DNA from: Clostridia bacterium | Lineage (GTDB): Bacteria > Bacillota > Clostridia > Oscillospirales > CAG-382 | Direction of reading: 5' to 3' | Assembly: GCA_017625615.1 (NCBI GenBank) | Contig: JAGAKP010000015.1 | Coordinates: 15,146 to 79,145, forward strand | Length of the DNA: 64,000 bases | In this document: positions 61,227 to 64,000 of the stretch, one piece after another | Position numbering within the stretch: the stretch's first letter is position 1 | How the letters are laid out: every line of letters starts with the position of its first letter | Position numbers and translations under genes: made by a program | The notes under the pieces: generated by a model | Databases searched by the model: none | Told to the model about the DNA's origin: nothing | What the model saw: only the letters and a program-made list of their open reading frames with translations

Positions 61227-62918
61227 ATGAATGATATCAAGTCAATGGCTCTGGAGGCGGTTTTGGGCGCTTTGCACAAAGCAGGCATGACCGCGCCCGA
61301 GGAGCTTGAGAGCTACTTTGAAACTCCCGCAGACAGTAAAAACGGCGATATTTCCCTGCCCTGCTTCAGGCTGGCAAAGACCTTGCGCGCGGCACCGCCC
61401 CTTATTGCGGCGAAGATCAAAGAAAATATTTCACTTCCCGCAGGGATCGAAAAAGTCGAAGCGGTTGGCGGTTACCTGAATTTTTATGCAGGAAAAGCCA
61501 TTTACCTTTCCATGCTTGAGGGGATCGACGAAGATTTCGGCAAAACGGGAATGGGCAACGGAAAAACGCTGGTTATAGATTTTTCCTCACCCAACATTGC
61601 AAAGAGATTTCACCTCGGACACCTTGGCACCACAGTTATCGGTAACGCGGTGCGCAATATATACAAATTCTGCGGCTACAACACCGTGGCGATAAATTAT
61701 CTCGGCGACTGGGGCACCCAGAACGGCAAGCAGATCGTGGCTTACAAAAAGTGGTCAAGCCGCGAAAGACTGGAAGCGGACGGAATAAAGGAGCTTGAGC
61801 GTATTTACGTTATGTTCGGCAAGGAAGCGGAAAAGGATCCGAGCCTGAACGACCAAGCGAGAGCCGCCTTCCGCGAGCTTGAAAACGGAAACAAGGAATA
61901 TCTTGAAATATGGCAGCTGTTCAAGGACATTTCTCTGCGTGAATATTCCGAAACCTACAAGAGATTGGGTATTGAGTTTGACGTATGGGCGGGAGAAAGT
62001 ATGTACACCGCTAAAATGCCCGAAATCGTACAGGAACTGAGAGATAAAAACCTGCTGAAGCTGGACGACGGTGCATCCATCGTAGACCTGTCCGAGTGGA
62101 ATATGCCTCCCGCTCTTATTCTTAAGAGCGACGGCACAACGCTGTATCCTTCCCGCGATATGGCAGCCGCAAAGGATAGATACAATACCTATAATTTTGA
62201 CGTATGCGCATACGTTACCAGCGCGGGACAGTCGCTCCACTTTGCGCAGTGGTTCAAGGTAACCGAGCTTATGGGCAAGGAATGGGCGAAAAACCTCGTT
62301 CACATTCCCTACGGCACTATGAGCTTCGGCGGTGAAAAGCTGGCAAGCCGTACGGGCAACATTATTCTGCTTAACGACGTGTTCGACGAGGCGGTTGCAA
62401 AGGCAAAGGCGATAATCGAAGAAAAGAACGCCGATCTTAACGATAAGGACGGAGTTTCCGAGGCGGTTGGTATCGGTGCCGTAATATTCGGCGCACTTTC
62501 AAACAGCCGTATCAAGGATACGGACTTCACCTGGGAGGGAGCGCTCTCCTTCGAGGGCAACACCGGTCCTTACGTACAGTACACCTACGCGAGAGCGGCG
62601 TCCGTTCTCCGCAAGACCGAGGGTGACGACGGCTGTGAGGGAGAATACACCCCCAACGAGGACGAAATAAACCTTATAAAACAGCTTTACACCTTCCCCG
62701 ACAGAATGAGAGCCGCCTGCGAGGACAACGAGCCTTCCTATATCGCGCGGTTTATGCTGGACACCTGCTCGGCGTTCAACAAGTTCTACCACAACTGCAC
62801 TATACTGCGTGAAAGCGGTGCGACACGCAGATTCAGAATAAAGCTTACCGCCGCAACAAAACAGATTTTGGGCGTTTCCCTTGATATACTGGGAATGCGC
62901 CGCACAGAGGAGATTTAG
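61227..62918 (+). CDS. argS: Arginine--tRNA ligase
   Basis: SPNIAKRFHLGHL (HIGH-type) motif and a class-I ArgS layout with a C-terminal DALR anticodon-binding domain. ATG 61227 follows AAGGAAG. Confidence 0.9.
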   Translation: MNDIKSMALEAVLGALHKAGMTAPEELESYFETPADSKNGDISLPCFRLAKTLRAAPPLIAAKIKENISLPAGIEKVEAVGGYLNFYAGKAIYLSMLEGIDEDFGKTGMGNGKTLVIDFSSPNIAKRFHLGHLGTTVIGNAVRNIYKFCGYNTVAINYLGDWGTQNGKQIVAYKKWSSRERLEADGIKELERIYVMFGKEAEKDPSLNDQARAAFRELENGNKEYLEIWQLFKDISLREYSETYKRLGIEFDVWAGESMYTAKMPEIVQELRDKNLLKLDDGASIVDLSEWNMPPALILKSDGTTLYPSRDMAAAKDRYNTYNFDVCAYVTSAGQSLHFAQWFKVTELMGKEWAKNLVHIPYGTMSFGGEKLASRTGNIILLNDVFDEAVAKAKAIIEEKNADLNDKDGVSEAVGIGAVIFGALSNSRIKDTDFTWEGALSFEGNTGPYVQYTYARAASVLRKTEGDDGCEGEYTPNEDEINLIKQLYTFPDRMRAACEDNEPSYIARFMLDTCSAFNKFYHNCTILRESGATRRFRIKLTAATKQILGVSLDILGMRRTEEI

Positions 62919-62920
62919 TT

Positions 62921-63637
62921 ATGTCAGGACATTCCAAATGGAAAAATATAATGCACAAAAAGGAAAAGACCGATTCCGCGCGCGCAAAGGTCTTTACCAA
63001 GATCGGTAAGGAAATGACCATCGCGGTACGTGAGGGCGGTGCCGATCCTACGTCAAACAGCAAGCTGAGAGATCTTATCCAGAAGGCGAAATCTCTCAAC
63101 GTGCCCAACGATAATATTGACAGAGTTATTAAAAAGGCTTCCGGCGCAGACGCGGTGGAATACGAGGAGATCGTGTACGAGGGCTACGGTCCCGGCGGAG
63201 TTGCCGTTATAGTTGAGGCGGCTACCGATTCCCGTAACCGCACCGCCGCTGACGTAAGACATTATTTCGATAAGTTCGGCGGAAACCTCGGTACTACGGG
63301 CTGCGTATCCTTTATGTTCTCCTCCAAGGGTGTTATTTACATTCCCTCCGAGGGTCTGGACGAGGACAAGGCTATGGAGGACGCACTTGAATGCGGCGCA
63401 GAGGATTTCGTTCCCGAGGAGGATATGTTCGAGGTTTATACCGATCCCGCCGACCTCCGCTCCGTTGCGGACGCGCTGACCGAAAAGGGATACAAGTATG
63501 AATCCGCCGAGGTGGAGAAGATCCCCGCAAACTACGTCACCCTCACCGACGAGGATCATCTGGTAAAAATGCAAAAGCTCCTTGATGCGCTCGACGACAA
63601 CGATGATGTGACTCAAGTATACCACAACTGGGAGTAA
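62921..63637 (+). CDS. yebC: YebC/PmpR-family transcriptional regulator
   Basis: MSGHSKWKNIMHKK N-terminus and the conserved YEGYGPGGVA motif. Confidence 0.9.
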   Translation: MSGHSKWKNIMHKKEKTDSARAKVFTKIGKEMTIAVREGGADPTSNSKLRDLIQKAKSLNVPNDNIDRVIKKASGADAVEYEEIVYEGYGPGGVAVIVEAATDSRNRTAADVRHYFDKFGGNLGTTGCVSFMFSSKGVIYIPSEGLDEDKAMEDALECGAEDFVPEEDMFEVYTDPADLRSVADALTEKGYKYESAEVEKIPANYVTLTDEDHLVKMQKLLDALDDNDDVTQVYHNWE

Positions 63638-63659
63638 ATTGATGCGCATTTAGCATTCG

Positions 63660-64000
63660 GCGCAGATCGAAACGCAAAAAATTATTAATCCGTAATAAAT
63701 AATGCGAGAGATTATAGTTTATCTCTCGCATTGTTGTTTATTTATAAGGTAGAAATCCGTAAAAGTACGGATTTCTTTTTATTTTGCGTTTCTAAACGCT
63801 TTCGGTCGGTGGGCAGTAGATGTCTACAGCTCCACACGCCCGAAAGACGTTTTCTGCATCCAAATGCTTCAATGCGCTCTTCGCTGACGGGGGTTGGGTG
63901 CGAACAGTTCGCGGGCGCATCGTGATGCGCCCCTACGGTTATCGAATACCCGCGGCGTGTATGTAGGGCGGGGGTTTACTCCCGCCGAACACCAATATTA
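63660..64000 (+). repeat. Third copy of the multi-hairpin unit seen at 36034-36593 (truncated by the window end)
   Basis: GCGCAGATCGAAACGCAAAAAA; hairpin A TGCGAGAGAT/ATCTCTCGCA; hairpin B AGAAATCCGTA/TACGGATTTCT; TTTTGCGTTTC; hairpin C GTGGGCAGTAG-atgt-CTACAGCTCCAC; then TGCTTCAAT... as in the central part of the palindrome. Confidence 0.8.

Noticed and set aside
1-64000. tRNA, rRNA, tmRNA, RNase P and SRP genes
   Set aside because: Scanning the intergenic regions by eye found no cloverleaf-like or conserved-core sequences. A tRNAscan/Infernal run would be needed for certainty.

Overview
64-kb chromosomal window from a Gram-positive anaerobe. It is most likely a cellulosome-bearing member of the Clostridia (Oscillospiraceae/Ruminococcus-like). 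That placement is inferred from rnf genes, a giant dockerin-bearing surface protein, a BspA-type LRR protein, near-consensus sigma-A promoters and lipoprotein signal peptides. I call 54 protein-coding genes:
- the end of an rnf operon (rnfA, rnfB plus NusG-II/Gx-transporter genes)
- a preQ1-I riboswitch-controlled queT operon
- two PHP phosphoesterases
- three ABC exporters
- a TIGR01212 radical-SAM gene and an AAC(3)-like acetyltransferase
- a VTC/DUF4956 pair and an amiE-like/namZ muropeptide pair
- trkA/trkH and a ZIP transporter
- a response regulator / histidine kinase / Ca-ATPase operon
- a CPA2 antiporter
- a ROK-nagA-isomerase-oxidoreductase sugar operon
- a MarR / zinc-ribbon / ABC operon
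- a GT8/acyltransferase cluster
- argS and yebC
- many secreted, lipoprotein or membrane proteins of unknown function.

No rRNA, tRNA, CRISPR array, transposase, integrase or phage structural gene was recognised. Four AT-richer islets stand out against the native, strongly codon-biased background: 4153-4593, 21358-24036, 25943-30025 and 50246-53048.

Most interesting observations:
1. An AT-rich two-gene unit encodes a tandem-TIR / Sel1-TPR protein with no NTPase domain, followed by a hyper-acidic DUF1292-like protein. This is a candidate undescribed TIR-based (defence/NADase-type) system.
2. A ~560-bp non-coding imperfect palindrome (36034-36593) is built from two inverted copies of a multi-hairpin unit. 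A third copy starts at 63660, and stems differ between copies by compensatory changes.
3. A modular family of intergenic repeats includes AACTTCACT 9-mers alternating with variable mini-hairpins, CACCCC / GGGGACCCC boxes, CGMGRAA heptamer runs and an 85-bp tandem repeat. One inverted pair brackets a small AT-rich ORF.

All homology statements come from motif recognition by eye, not from database searches. Start codons are approximate.
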